Assembly: GCA_976226885.1 (NCBI GenBank)
Contig: OZ320313.1
Span: 71,796,001 to 71,860,000, forward strand
Length of the DNA: 64,000 bases
Reading direction: 5' to 3'
Source: Iphione sp. A-MEVVRFRX5
Lineage: Eukaryota
Shown in pieces: positions 37,101-50,074 of the stretch. Every line of letters begins with the position of its first letter. The stretch's first letter is position 1. The notes beneath the pieces are model-generated. The model was not told the origin of the DNA. It was given only the letters and a program-made list of their open reading frames with translations, and ran no database searches. The translations under genes and the position numbers were made by a program.

Positions 37101-39517
37101 AGACATTGTGGCTGGTATCGTGTGAGGGCCGAAAATACAAGCCAACGGGAGGGAACAACTAATGACGCCATATGTCACGATGACGTTTCAATGACGTGCT
37201 ATTAACGTCACAGTCGCACAACACGCACAACCACCACCAACAATCATCCCCATGGGCGGCGAGACACACAAATTTACTTGTCACAGCACAAAGACCTACC
37301 ACAAAAGAGCCATGCCCGCCTGGACTACCTGGGATATACATGGAAAGTGATGGCGAAATGGTTTTCAAAAAATCCCCAGCATATTTTTATAGTACTAGAA
37401 TACAGGGATGGGCCGCTCCGTGCACGATCCAAAACGGTGCCAATTCCAAAACTTTTCGCCGCTGACGTTTTTCACTCGAAACATTCCATACTAGCTCCAT
37501 ATCACAATAAATTCTAACGTACCTACAGGACGCAGTGCACGTCCAATTCGCGTGGGCATGCCAGGAAAGTTTTCTCTCTCTTTGTCTGTCTTTTTTTAAA
37601 GGGGACATGAACAAGGCTGTGACGGAGGGTCAGACGGTCGCACAACAGTATTCCTAAGGTCCCCCACTCTATGAGGTGCAGGACAAAAATACGACAATAA
37701 GCTATCCTACCTCATTTGCCACGGGTGACATCACAGACATATCTAGAAATGCCTACCCTAGATACTGAGCGGATAGATAAAAAGCTGGCGTGTTGTGCAC
37801 CAGAACGATGCCACTGGTGTACTAAAAAGGGCAGTCTGTGTGTGACATATTGATGACAACTGGTTGTGGTATGAGGTGCGAGAACCCTTGGCATGTGAAA
37901 TGACTATCCAGGGATGGTCTTCCAAAGAACAGGGGGCAAAGTAATGCGATCAAACTACCACACTACAACTAAATAGCCAAATGAAATGTGCTTCGCCTTA
38001 AAGTGCTTATTTTCTACTTGAAATGTTTCTCGATTGCACCGGTATGGAAGCTACAAATTCCGCTGGTGGAAAGGTGATCTCCTCTGAGAGGAGGAAGAGG
38101 AGGAAGAGGAGTGGCTGCCAAGATTAGGTATGCACCATGGTGCTTGAGAAAGACACTATATTACTCCCCGAGCTGGGAAATGGCTGCAGTCAGGGAACAA
38201 GCAGCCGCAGGCCCTTGACAACTGACCAGCGCGCTGGCCGGCCTGTTACACGACATACACTGATCCCCTCTAGGAGGGACGCTTGCCAATGAAGATGGAT
38301 CTGGTCTTTGTCGCCAACATCCCCCTCCCCTGTCCCCGCCCTCCATCTTTACACCTCCGCCTGCCCAGAGCCTATGTTCGTACACAGAACAAGGCCAGCG
38401 TGACGAGCTTAACACGTTGGGATCCTGTCCGGTGCGTGCACCGGCCACGTTGGGGCACCGGCTAGACATGGACAACGGCCACAACTAGATGCCTCCTCTT
38501 CAGGGCATCAAAAAGCCGCCTTACTCATGGCTATGCTGGAGCATGCTGCGTTTAGACTACATGTACATATGCACCTACGCAACAATCATATCCTCTGCCT
38601 TGTCCTAATTAAACTTGAACAGACAACATATGTAATTACCAGTATATTTAAACGATAACTAATTATATTCGCGCACCAGGGATGTCATCAGGAACAAGAA
38701 GGAACCTGTACAATCTAAAGGTCCCTTTGATGTAACTGCAAGAGGATAAGCTCCATATTGTCCTCCTGATATTCCGTCCAACAGGAGCGCATATTTACAG
38801 GTACAAAGTAGCCAATTTAGCCCCAGGGTAGGGCGGGTAGGGGAATTCGACATGATGAGACTACGGTTTCCGACCCGTCCAGCATGCAACTGCTATATAA
38901 TAGCTCATGATTGGACTGTCAGATGCTGGACAAGTACCTGTCGACCAGCGACTTTGCCAGGTCAAAGATAGAGGTCATCGGAAGGGACCGCACTCTGGTC
39001 ACTAATGTCTGCACTCGCTAATAACGGCAGGTCTCATCCGGGTTGAAACAGCTTTTAACACCACACCATACCATGCACGACAAGAGTTCTGGTTTTACTG
39101 TGTAATTATACATGATAAATCATTCTTCGTGTAATTAAACGCCAGGTGCGCAGAGTACGGAGATGTAAAGATTTCGAAAAACTAGCCATAAATCTACGAC
39201 GAGCACGTACCGTCAAATTATTTCCATAAACTTTTAATAGATGGGCAACAAAGGTCTGGTCTATATATCTTGAGTATAAATGTGCGAGTCAACCAGCGTG
39301 CGCTTGGTTTGCTGAGTCATACGCAGTGTGAGAGGTGCCTTGTGTCCATATATGAATTCCACTAACTGTTCATCAAAGATGTGCAAATATACTGTTGCAA
39401 CCAGATCTTAACATGACTAAGTTCCACTCAGCAGGTTAAGTATGAGATGTATATTGTAAGAAGTCCAAACCTCAACTGATGCGGAACCCCACACGGCAGC
39501 TCTATTCATACAGAAAA

Positions 39518-39915
39518 TGTTATGTACAGGGTTGGACGTAACTGAGCAGCTCATGTGGAGCAACCTGGAACAGCTCGTGTGGAGCAACTGATGCAGTTCT
39601 CATATTTGTACAGCATGTGTGCAGCAAGACGGCACTGCTCCACTACACTACTCCCTTCTTGGACTGCTCAGTTCCTGAGCTAGAATAAACTTTTACTTAT
39701 TTACTTAGTTGTCTTTCTTTACTGCAGCTAAAGGAGTATACCCAAAAAGTATTGACAGAGAGCAAGGGAGAGAACACTCTCCAAAAATCTTCATGAAAGA
39801 CATAAGTTATGTACAGCTTAAAAAAGGGTGGGAAGTACATCCCAACTAGCTACCTTCTTACCAGTCTAGACTACTTCCTCTGTACTGAGAAAGGAGGGGA
39901 GGAACTAGAATAACA
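39518..39915 (+). mobile_element. LTR-like remnant (possible solo or tandem LTR pieces)
   Basis: Starts TGTTAT and can end ATAACA (39910-39915). Two 18 bp direct repeats cagctcRtgtggagcaac (39547, 39571), AATAAA at 39684 followed by a T-rich stretch, and a second gttatgtacag at ~39806. No TSD found. Confidence 0.3.
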
Positions 39916-42196
39916 GGAACATTCTGGGCTGTACTGCCCAAACTATCTGGACAAAGAACAAAAGAAAACCCGTGTACTCAGAACTCACAACTGGTGGTTC
40001 TCGTGAATCGTGGATGGGCCGGGTCATCAACAGTTCATGTAGAGTCTTACTCAGCGGGGACAAACACCTCATTTGTCATGGTTGTCTCCCACTTGTCGCA
40101 CAACTGCAACCTGAGGTTTTTGAAGGAGGCATGCAATTGAGGGTGGTCTAAGTCAGCCTGCCGGTCCATAAACCATCTGCTAATTGACCCCTGGACTGAG
40201 TCTGGCTGAGGGCAAAAGTCTGCTGAGTGTTCAAGGGTAACCTGGAGCCAAGGGCCCCATCAACTGAAGGCGCATCCGGGTCTCCGCATCTAGCAGCTCC
40301 CACCCAACCGGCAGCACCTCATGCACAGAGAGGCTCTGGCTATATGCCGATTTGCCCTCTGGTCCTCAGTGTTGCAACTGGCTGCCAGGGCCTCGAGTGA
40401 ATGGTGCCTTGGGGTCCCCGCAGGAGGGACATAGATGAGGCCTCTGGGTGCGACCACACCTTCCCTCCGGAGCCTCAGAGGGTGGCAGTCACTGTGGTGG
40501 TAGCTGGCCGGCCTGGCCCTGATCAGCTGTATCAACATCCGTGGAGAACCCATTGGGCAGATGAGACAGCACTGTATTATCGACTCCTTAGCTATAGCAA
40601 CCCTGAGGCCGTTTTGTCTAGAAGGTATAAAATTCTCATTACCGCGGTACTTGAAACATACCTCTTTCTCATTACTACAAAACACATCTAACTTGCGTTA
40701 AAGGTAATTTGGTCGAACGTAATCAATGCAAACAACATAAGTCTGACCATAACAACCTCATAAAATTAGTTAAAGCCTGAAGACCTTCCTAAGTTTTTTC
40801 CCCCGCGAGTACCAGATGTCATTACGCCGGAGTGAAGCTAGGAGGAATCGTACGGAGTCAAGGCAACACGACAATTAGGAAAACCACGAACAAACATGGA
40901 GGCCTATCATGCGTATTGATTGGTGCACATTAAATCAGCCAATTACACTGCTGACCGTGAATGGCAGCACCAGCGCATACGTCAAGGACACAGTCCTATG
41001 TAATATGCAGAGCGACATGGGCCTGGACCGGGCTGTAAGTTACCTTAACAACATGAACCTGCGAACGGACCAAAAAGTGCACCAATATTTGGTTAGGGTC
41101 CCAACTACATTACGGGGCTGAATACTCTCCGGGCTTTCGCACGGTGGCGCTGTCAGTGGGCACCTATCGACGTCGACGACATAATTTACAGCAGCAACGA
41201 CACTAATAAAAACCAAATTCAGCTCATCCTATTGCGTTTTCATGATACCACCGACGTAAAAACTCAGGAGACTTCAAACTCTTCTCGAGCATTACGCAAT
41301 TTACACAACCACAAATCTACATAGGTGTTTATGCCCACCATTTAAATCATATATCACACGTGACATTTAAAAAAAATCATTTTCTATAGAGTGCAAATAC
41401 AGTGCTGCTGGCGGAGGGAATATTTTATCGTGCAGCAGACCGATGCTTTACACTATATGTACAGTGTTGTGATTTCTCCAGTTAACGGGACATCTTTAAT
41501 TACGGAGCTCACTATTAAAGAAAACTTAATACAAGAATACCATAAAATATGACCAACTTATCAAGAGCCAATCGCAATTCCATTATCCAAAAATCTATAA
41601 GTAATTATACATGATAGAATGACCTAATTAGTCACAGTCTCTTGCAGTTAATTTAGGTTTTTACCGTGTGTATCCCGTGTGGCAGTGAACACGGTCGATC
41701 GTTATATACCGCGCTGTCAAATGTTTTATGGATGTTATCTAAAATGGGGATCTGAAATGGACACAATTATGCCTTCGTTTGGCGGGATACGTCATATGAC
41801 ATGGTCCCTGGACCAAGATTGGTGACGTTGGCATTCGGCCCAAAACTGGCAGTGTACTTTTGCCCCAGCACTTCCCTGTATTGACTTCTATATTGGTCCA
41901 TAGCCGTGGGGGGAGGCTGTGCGCAGAGTGCGGCCAGCGGTCGTGATAAATGCCATCACGTTATGAAAGGCCAAGACCCGTTTATCAGCTGCGTTTGTCC
42001 CTGCCTCAGTTGCCTAATGGCCGGCTTGACTGCTGTCGAGAGAGGCGGGGCAGCACCGGTGGTTTGCCCTGACAGGAAGGGACCTTGAATTCGTGGGGAG
42101 GGCTGAGGGGGTGGGGGTGGGGTCTGGGGGCGCACAGACAGAGACAGCACCACATATAGACTTTTGCCACGCATACGGTGTACACGTGCACAGGGG

Positions 42197-42626
42197 TTGT
42201 GATGACATGTGTAGTTAGGGAGTCTTCCTTGGAAAGCGTGGGAGGTAGTGCATACCACAAAACAATAATAACCATNNNNNNNNNNNNNNNNNNNNNNNNN
42301 NNNNNNNNNNNNNNNNNNNNNNNNNNNNNNNNNNNNNNNNNNNNNNNNNNNNNNNNNNNNNNNNNNNNNNNNNNNNNNNNNNNNNNNNNNNNNNNNNNNN
42401 NNNCGACCTTTTGTGTCTATGTTGAGAGCTGATAACGAGATCGGAGTTGTGCTAGGTTCCAATTGGAGTGGAAGTAGCAGTCGTAGTAGTAGGATAAATA
42501 GGTAGTTTGCGCCTGGTAGGTTAGAGCTGTGTAGAGTAAGGGGTACTGATTGACGTCACTACTTGCAGTAGCTGCATCCCCTTATAGAGGTGTAGGTTGT
42601 GGGCTTCCTTTGTGTACATAGTTACA
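42197..42626 (-). mobile_element. Possible LTR-like sequence spanning the gap
   Basis: Minus strand starts TGTAACTATGTACAC (similar to tgttatgtacag at 39518), contains TATA-like ctataagggg and TGACGTCA, and could end CATCACA beyond the gap. No TSD found. Confidence 0.2.
42276..42403. other. Assembly gap
   Basis: Run of N. Confidence 1.
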
Positions 42627-43459
42627 ATATTTGGTGTATGCATCAAGTCGAAAACGGGCAGCCAGAAGAGGACACGAGGATGATGTGATCAGGCCTTAAT
42701 TACGCGTCCTTAGTCTTCTACGACATTTAGCATCCACCGTTCGTTAGCTTAACTGCCAATTTAGGGAGGCTGCCGTTAATGACTGCCTTTATCCAGATAA
42801 TGCAATTCACGTTTCTATTCAATTTAGGAGACAAAACATCTTTTCATTCTACTGACAGCGATTCGATAAAGAATGACGGCAGTAATCCCGGATGAAAGGC
42901 CTGGCAACACAGTCCTGTTGATAGAATGCTTTTTATAATAAATTGATCTTCGATGTGAGCAAAAAAGGATGAGCTACCTTGATATACTGGGCGTAAGTGT
43001 TAAAGTGGACCCGGGAGAGAGAGTGTTATCTATTATTCAGGTACAATCTAAAGCAAGGAGGGGAGTATTCATTGGAGGAGGTGTATCCTCTTCAGCTCAG
43101 TCCATGGATCATTTGTATCATCTGTGCAGGCGCAGGGGGGCCAACACTGAAACGTTTCATCATCGTCTTGTGACAAAATGCAAGATAAAGACACTACGGA
43201 TGGGCCGGTCGAAATCCAGACAGCCAAACTCTCCCTGGGCACACACAGTAGTAGAGTGTTATTAAATCTTGAAAAGCAGTGTGGTAAACGTTTCCACATA
43301 TTTAATATGGTGGACTGCCTCCGAGTTCAATATCGTGGACACCTCGACACTGCGTCCAGCCGGACTGCGTACATATCGCCGTTACTCGGATCTTCGATCG
43401 AACGTGTTCCATCCTTGTCTGGCGGGGCGACCAGCCAACTTCCACCCTGCCTCCACTAA

Positions 43460-44528
43460 CGCCGCCTATTGGCCACTAAAACAATCAACGTGACCCCGCG
43501 ATACCCTTACTAAACGGAACTCAGCCATCGACATGGCCGAGCGGGGGCGGGCGCCGCGTCAGGGACGCGACCCCAATCTTGGCGTCTTCCCGACAGTAGG
43601 GAAAAAATCCAACTCGCAAGAAGCCAATAACTGGCGCGTATAGCCCGACGGCTGGCACCTAATACGATCAAATTCGTTCCTGGACGGCACCTTCCCCTGC
43701 ATAACGCGGTCGCCGTAAACACGGCGCCTTAAGTGGGGCCGACGCCCGCCGCCAGTGTCGCCGGCCCGACGCCCCTAATCATGTCCCCAATTGGCCGCCA
43801 GTTCTGGACCTCATTTTTATGTGCCTTTTATGAGAGATTGTGAAATGGTGTGTTTCTACGCTGCTTGCCCGTGTGACCCCTACCACAGCCCCAATGCAGA
43901 TTTTTAACGGGATGCTACAGAGCTGGCCTCTGTCTTCACCCAAATCCTCCCCGCCGCCACCATTATCACCACCTATATGGCATGGACCCTCACAAAGGCA
44001 ACATAGGACGCAGGCAATCTTAGCGAATGCCTTAATCTCTTCTCACACATTAATCATGCCTCTGGCGAGTTACCTGGGCAACACATGCATAATGGCCCCA
44101 ACATTCCATTATCTATCTATTCCCCCTCACTACTTGGCATGATGCCCTTGACATATCGTGACCTTTTAAAATTCAGTGTCCGTCCATCGGGCGTCGCGCT
44201 AGGTCTGCGGGCCGCGGTACTTCTGAATAAAGCCATCACGGCGGAAGCCCGAGGTTCTGTCATGGCGATTGGTGCTGATGCTGGACGACAGGAGAGGTCG
44301 GGCCGGACGCCTGCTCGCCGTGCTGGTCAGAAGCTCAGCAGCTCAGCATGCGACCCACTGCTCGCTGAATACTCATCTCCCGCGCCAGCCAACATCGGCG
44401 CATTCAGCTCCGTGTGCATGGCAGGCTCAGTGGCACGTGGGAGTGTGAAGCCACCTTGCACGCCGCCTGAGGCACAGAGCTGGGCGTCGGTGAGTGCGCG
44501 CGTGCGGCGGGCGTGAGTTCGGGTGAGT
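43460..44528 (+). promoter_or_regulatory. CpG-rich promoter-like island with candidate first exon
   Basis: CCAAT/ATTGG at 43468, 43573, 43624 and 43787; GC box GGGGGCGGG at 43543; among the most CpG-dense stretches of the window. Three GTGAGT donor consensus sites at 44490, 44513 and 44523. Confidence 0.45.
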
Positions 44529-46072
44529 AATTACATTATTACAACAACTGGACTGCAGGCTGGGGGGATACGTCAGAGCCGATCCTGTCCAGCGACCGCT
44601 GCCCCGCATTACTGCTCCCCCCCCCCAAAAAAAAAAAAAAAAAAACGTCCTTCAGTGATGTCCTTCATTGGGTATGCGGCGCGTGGAGGGCGCCCACAAA
44701 GCCCCAACGCGTATCGCCGCGCTCAGGCGTCCTGCAGACTACTGCCCTCGGCAGCGCACTCCTGCCCAGTGGGGATCTTCAAATGCCCCGATGCCCTTTA
44801 GCGACCGCTGCCGGACATGAGGGAAGTGGATTTTCTCTCTTTCCTTGGTGCGGAGGTGCAATGCTGCGACGCCGAGCGACCGGATGGTGACCCTCGCGGC
44901 TCGGTTATCGGAGTCATAACATCAGATAATCGAGCTCTTCACACAGGCCCGGTCACAGACAGCCACGAGATTCCTCAGCCAAACTCACACAAACGCTGCA
45001 ACATTTCCGTCGCGCCTTTAAGGTTTCCATTTATTGTACAACCGCAAATTATCTATATTTCTTGTAACAGAACACGCGCCTTAAAGGTCACCATATGTTA
45101 AAACACTTCGTTTCACCTGATACTTCTCGCTCTTAAGGCACGTCATGCGGGGGGGGGGGCGTGGAAATGAATCATCGACATTTGTTTTTCGGGCTTAATG
45201 TTGCTTCTTTTCTTCTGTGAAATACTCATCGGAAATTTCACACTGAGCTGATGAACCAAACCAATAAACAAACAGTGCTGCTGCAGCAACATCAGTCTTG
45301 TATCGGTGCGCCTCGTTTAAAGCCAAAGCATGAGTTTCCGCTGTTGTAAATAAATATGCGGTTCTTATGCTAGACTTATCTCGCATCAACGTATAAAAAC
45401 ACTAGCAGCAGACAACTGAGGTATACAAACTTGCCTACACAATACACAAAACGAGTCACTTCACATTCCCCCGATGTCGGGAGTCGCCACGCGTCAATGC
45501 CACTAGCACTCGGTGGCTATGAATCAATACCCATGTCTGCTGCTTAAATCACAACATCCCGAAGCAATCATCGCAACAACAAAAAAGAGGAAAAAGTGGG
45601 TGTACGACAAAAAAGATAAAACAAACCCAGACCCATCACCTCAACATTGCAACCACATCGGCAACAAAAGAGCGGCTTCACTGAGAGCAACAAGAATAGA
45701 GAGTTTGAATCTACGAAATGGGCGACACGAACGAGCCGCGCTTGTACGGCCACGCACATTTCTGACAGAATTATCAAACAGTAATGGCGCGAACTAAATG
45801 GCAATGATTTCACAAAGCGAGAATGTCAAAGCAATCAGAGAAAACATTTATCATATGGGGCGATGTCTGGTACCACGAGCCATTTTACCTGTCTGGAAGT
45901 ATTTAAACGAGCGGCCGCATTTTCCGTGCACAATTTTTAAAAATATGATTGGACAGCGGACCAAAAGGTACTTACTTTAATTCCACTAAAAGTATTTGTT
46001 TCACGCAACACTTTCATATTTCCTAGTGCACAGCAGAAACTACTAATAGTATTCCTGCTGATACTACTACTA

Positions 46073-46251
46073 CAGTGGAATCTCAATTTACGACCATCCC
46101 TCTGGACCAAGCTCAACTGGTCGTAATGGCAGGTTTGGTCGTAAATAGATTATTGTTAACTATAGAAATTCATACTTTTCTTCCAGGCTGGACTGGTCGT
46201 AATAGCAAGAATGGTCGTAAATAGAAGTGGTCGTAAATAGAGACTCCACTG
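46073..46251. mobile_element. Tc1/mariner-superfamily (pogo/Tigger-like) MITE, 179 bp
   Basis: TIRs cagtggaatctcaatttacgacca and cagtggagtctctatttacgacca (22/24), TA on both sides, and five internal TGGTCGTAA copies. Confidence 0.9.
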
Positions 46252-49200
46252 TATTCCTAAGCTCCTCATAAAACAATTTGTAATCCATACATGACTGTCC
46301 CGCTCACTACTGTGTGTTCTGTGGTTGCTGGAGTCTGATCCATCAATGCAGCTAAGGCGGTGAATAACGCCTCTGACGGCTAAAAGTAATTCTGTCCTCC
46401 TTGGAGGTATCCCGATTTGGACGCTTGACATAGCATAGCAGGCCGCCTCAATGAAATCCTGCCCGCAATTTGCCCAACTATGCATCCAATATTGGACCTT
46501 TCAAAGGCTGCCTCTCCCGCTGCTCAGGTAGGCTTTATTTATATTCACGATTCGTCGAAATCATGGTACCTTTCAGACCCTCCCAAAAGGGTTTTGCCGT
46601 CTCCACAGCCAAGGAGTGCCCCGAGAACCGCCCAGGGAAAGCACCAAAGCAAGAGCAAGAAAGACACCATAAAAGTGGGGCCCTACGTCCTCAGTGATGT
46701 TTGGTTTGATGTTCACGCGAAACGGCGGGACGCTGCATCGAAATACGCCAGAGAAATCATTCGCGCCGCCCATGGTTGCAGCCGGGCAGCTTTCAGGCCA
46801 CACTGGCCCAAGTGGCTGAGGAGAGCTTTTGGGAGAGCTGTTCTTGAAGAGGGCATTCGCCTCAAAGCACCCTGGCTGACGAAGATGTCTTCTGTGGCTG
46901 CGAATAAAGCCAATGGATTCGGGGCGGCTTGGAAGATTTGCACGACGCCACATGTGATTCAGCATACGGTGCTTGGGGGGGGGGGAGTGGGGGGTAGGGG
47001 GGGAGAGAAGGATGCTGCACGTTCGGTCAATTTTACATGCCGTCTGGCAATAGAGCGAGATGGTTATCTCCTGGGAAGTTAACTATATGTGATACAACGT
47101 TCCTTTCAGTTTTTAGGATGAAACATGTACTACGCGGAAAAAAATCAACCTCACGTGACATATGGCACCAAAACAACCAGCAATGCAATGACACGTGACA
47201 ATAAATTTAACCCTCCAGCAATCTTCCCAATCCGATGGCTAATAACATTCGAGCAAACCGCAACATTATCAAAGCGCCAGTTTCCAACTGTTTACATTGT
47301 CATACTATACAATACAAACAGGCCGAAAGCCTGGTGCAAAACATGTGTGTTCATTATGAAGGCTCCCTCTGGATACTGAAAATAGCATACCGAAACCTGA
47401 GTTCCCTATCTGGTGATTAGTTCACATTTTGCGTCTTTTCATTTCAATCATTGTAGAGCCATAAGCCATTTTAAGGTAAAAGCCAGTGAGGTCGGCTTGC
47501 AATTCTCTTCGACCGATAACATTATTTCGCAAACGTTTCAATCCGCAGTGTATGCCATCCTCCGGATGCTGAATCAGCTGAAATCAGTCATTTACCTAAA
47601 CCCAATAAATCTCTTTTCACAAGCCGGATACACAGTGGAAGATTACATCTGTATTTACAGTGGTCTACAGTTGACAACATGTACTGAAATCACTGCTTCT
47701 AGTACAACATTATGCAGAAATTATGACCGCAAAATTAAAACATTCGAAAATAACGTCACGTACGTTTCAGACACTGCGCAGAGCGACTCCAAAGGAGCAA
47801 AAAAGAAATGGGAAAATTCTCAAGAACATCAATATGTCTGTCCGTGTTATGTTTACGAGATTTCGTGCTCCGAGGTCAACAAATAACCAAGCCTTTCGCC
47901 TACATTCGCAGCCAATGGCCGTCTAACAAGCCACAACACTCCCCACACCCTAGAGATCGCGTCCCCCAGGCGTGTCTGTGGGCGGTTACAGCCTGGTGAC
48001 CCGGAACTCACCACTGGCCGGCTGCAGAAAGCACAGCGACCAGCCAGCCATCGACTGGTCGACGGCAGCAAGACTCAACTAGAGAGGATGGCCACGGGAT
48101 GAGTGGATATAATTGGAGAGCGTCGCAGTAGGCCCGTGATCGGTCCGTATCGAGTTCCGAGACAATGGAAGTGAGCAAACTAGAGAACTTCTGTTCTCGG
48201 GGGACTAATGCAAATACTCCCTTTGGTCTAAAACAGTCTCGAGCTAGCTGATCAACTGGCAACAGTGACCTGGCTTTGATCTCAGTTCACTTTTGCCCTA
48301 TGAGTGCTAACGTTCACACATTAGGTAGCCGAAGGGCATAAACCACATCTGCACACTCCCCTGTGTGGTATACGGGCCATGGTCAAGATGGTCCCTGGGC
48401 TGTCTCGTCACCTCTGCTATTACTGGCGCAGACATGTTGGGCGGTTCCGCAAGGCCTCGGCTTAAGATAAGGTCGCTCAAATGGGAATCTGGCATGCATT
48501 GCGGCCTTCCTGGTATCCGTCCCCCTGGCTGGACACACGACACTATGGGGCGATGTATGTGATCGAGGGTCAGAGACCCTCGCCTGTTCACTCTCGATGT
48601 ATCACTGTTGGTCATTGTTGGCTGCCAGACGCTAGCCCCATTGCCAAATACCCACCGCTTTCTGTGCTTTGAGTGCCATCAACGCCGTCTTCCGGCAGTG
48701 CCCATTCCGTGTGGATGTCCCTGGGTGATCTCATTCTTTGTATACCGCTGTCCAGATATCCCGTAATTCAATACCGCTGTAATACACGATCCAATGGCGT
48801 ATACGTCCTTGGCCCACCTCCTCCCATCCCCTCACACCTGACTGATGTTAAAGGTTTAATAACCCCAATAACCTACGCGGTGATTACAATCCGACGAAGG
48901 AAAGTCTATCCTACGGGTGATATGAAAAGTAACACGCCATGTCAAAGAGAGTTCAGGTCGCATATACTACTTATAGAAGTGAATAAAAGTGAACATGCAC
49001 TACCCCATCTAAGTAGATTTTTTTTCTCTGTTACTAGCAGTGCCAAACTGTTCATCTACTAACGCGTTTATATACAAAATGGAAATACTGCATTTGTAAA
49101 TACATCCACGTACACGAAACTGCAGAGCACATTCTGTAGAGAAAGAACATGAAAGAAATGAAAACGTGTGTATGTGTGTCATGCTAATTAGTTAAGCACT

Positions 49201-50049
49201 TCTGTTTCAGCGAGGACCAGCTGGTAACGGTCGCAGGACGTCCAGGATCATGACTTAAAGTTGTATGTTGAAAAGACGAATACAAGACCGAAAGCTTCAT
49301 CCCACTGACACTCCCAATGGGCAGCTAATGCTTGGGTACTCTGGAGGTAAATACAACCAGGTACACGTCTTAGAAGAGTGTGGCGCCAGCCAAAGAACCC
49401 AGTATTCCGTCTGTCAACTTCTCTTCCGCCTATCGACTGGCCAAACGTTAAGATGCACATGGTGATGGTCTACACTCAGTGAACTTTACTTAAGACGTGG
49501 CATATTGTGGAATAGGGCTCTTCACTTTTCTTCTTGCAAGTCGGCAGAGAGAGAAAAAACAGATGAGAGTTATCAAGATCCAGCTGTCAGTCTATGAGTT
49601 CCGACTGCCTGGGCAGTAGGGCCAGCATAAACATTGCTATCTCAGTCTATCATGTCTGTCCAAGATGGCTGAAGCAGTTATTTACTTACCAGGCCATCTC
49701 TGTTTGTATAATTACGTTGTCAAGTTGTCGGCGACACACATGGACAATAATGACAACATGGCAAGGCAGTGGTCGGTGTAATTCTTAACACCGACACGTC
49801 CACGATAGTCGAGTCAGCACATACTGGCTTAATTGGAAGATTACATCAAATTATCTTTTTGAACAGAAATGCAGCACTTTGCTGTCAATGTGCGAGATCA
49901 CGCATCTACATTAAGCAAATAGCCAACGCCATTAATCATGCAGTCAGCTGGGAGACATCGGGGACGCTAAAATAACAAAATAAATGTATTACCTTTTTAT
50001 ACGTTCCCCTTTCGCTCTTTGCCGTTAAATACTGAGCACCGTTATTGGT

Positions 50050-50074
50050 ACTTACCTGAAAGAAACAGAACAAG
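50050..50074 (-). other. Candidate recursive splice site (3'ss immediately followed by 5'ss)
   Basis: Minus strand reads ...ctcataacttgttctgtttctttCAG|GTAAGTacc. Polypyrimidine tract, YAG and perfect GTAAGT; junction between 50056 and 50055. Confidence 0.5.

Noticed and set aside
43269-43493. YRRYSDL, resembling the PX-domain motif
   Set aside because: The remainder of the ORF does not fit a PX fold; the motif is too short.
46480-47082. Longest ORF (200 aa)
   Set aside because: No recognisable domain, overlapped by antisense ORFs, includes a G-homopolymer-derived stretch. Consistent with a chance ORF in GC-rich DNA.
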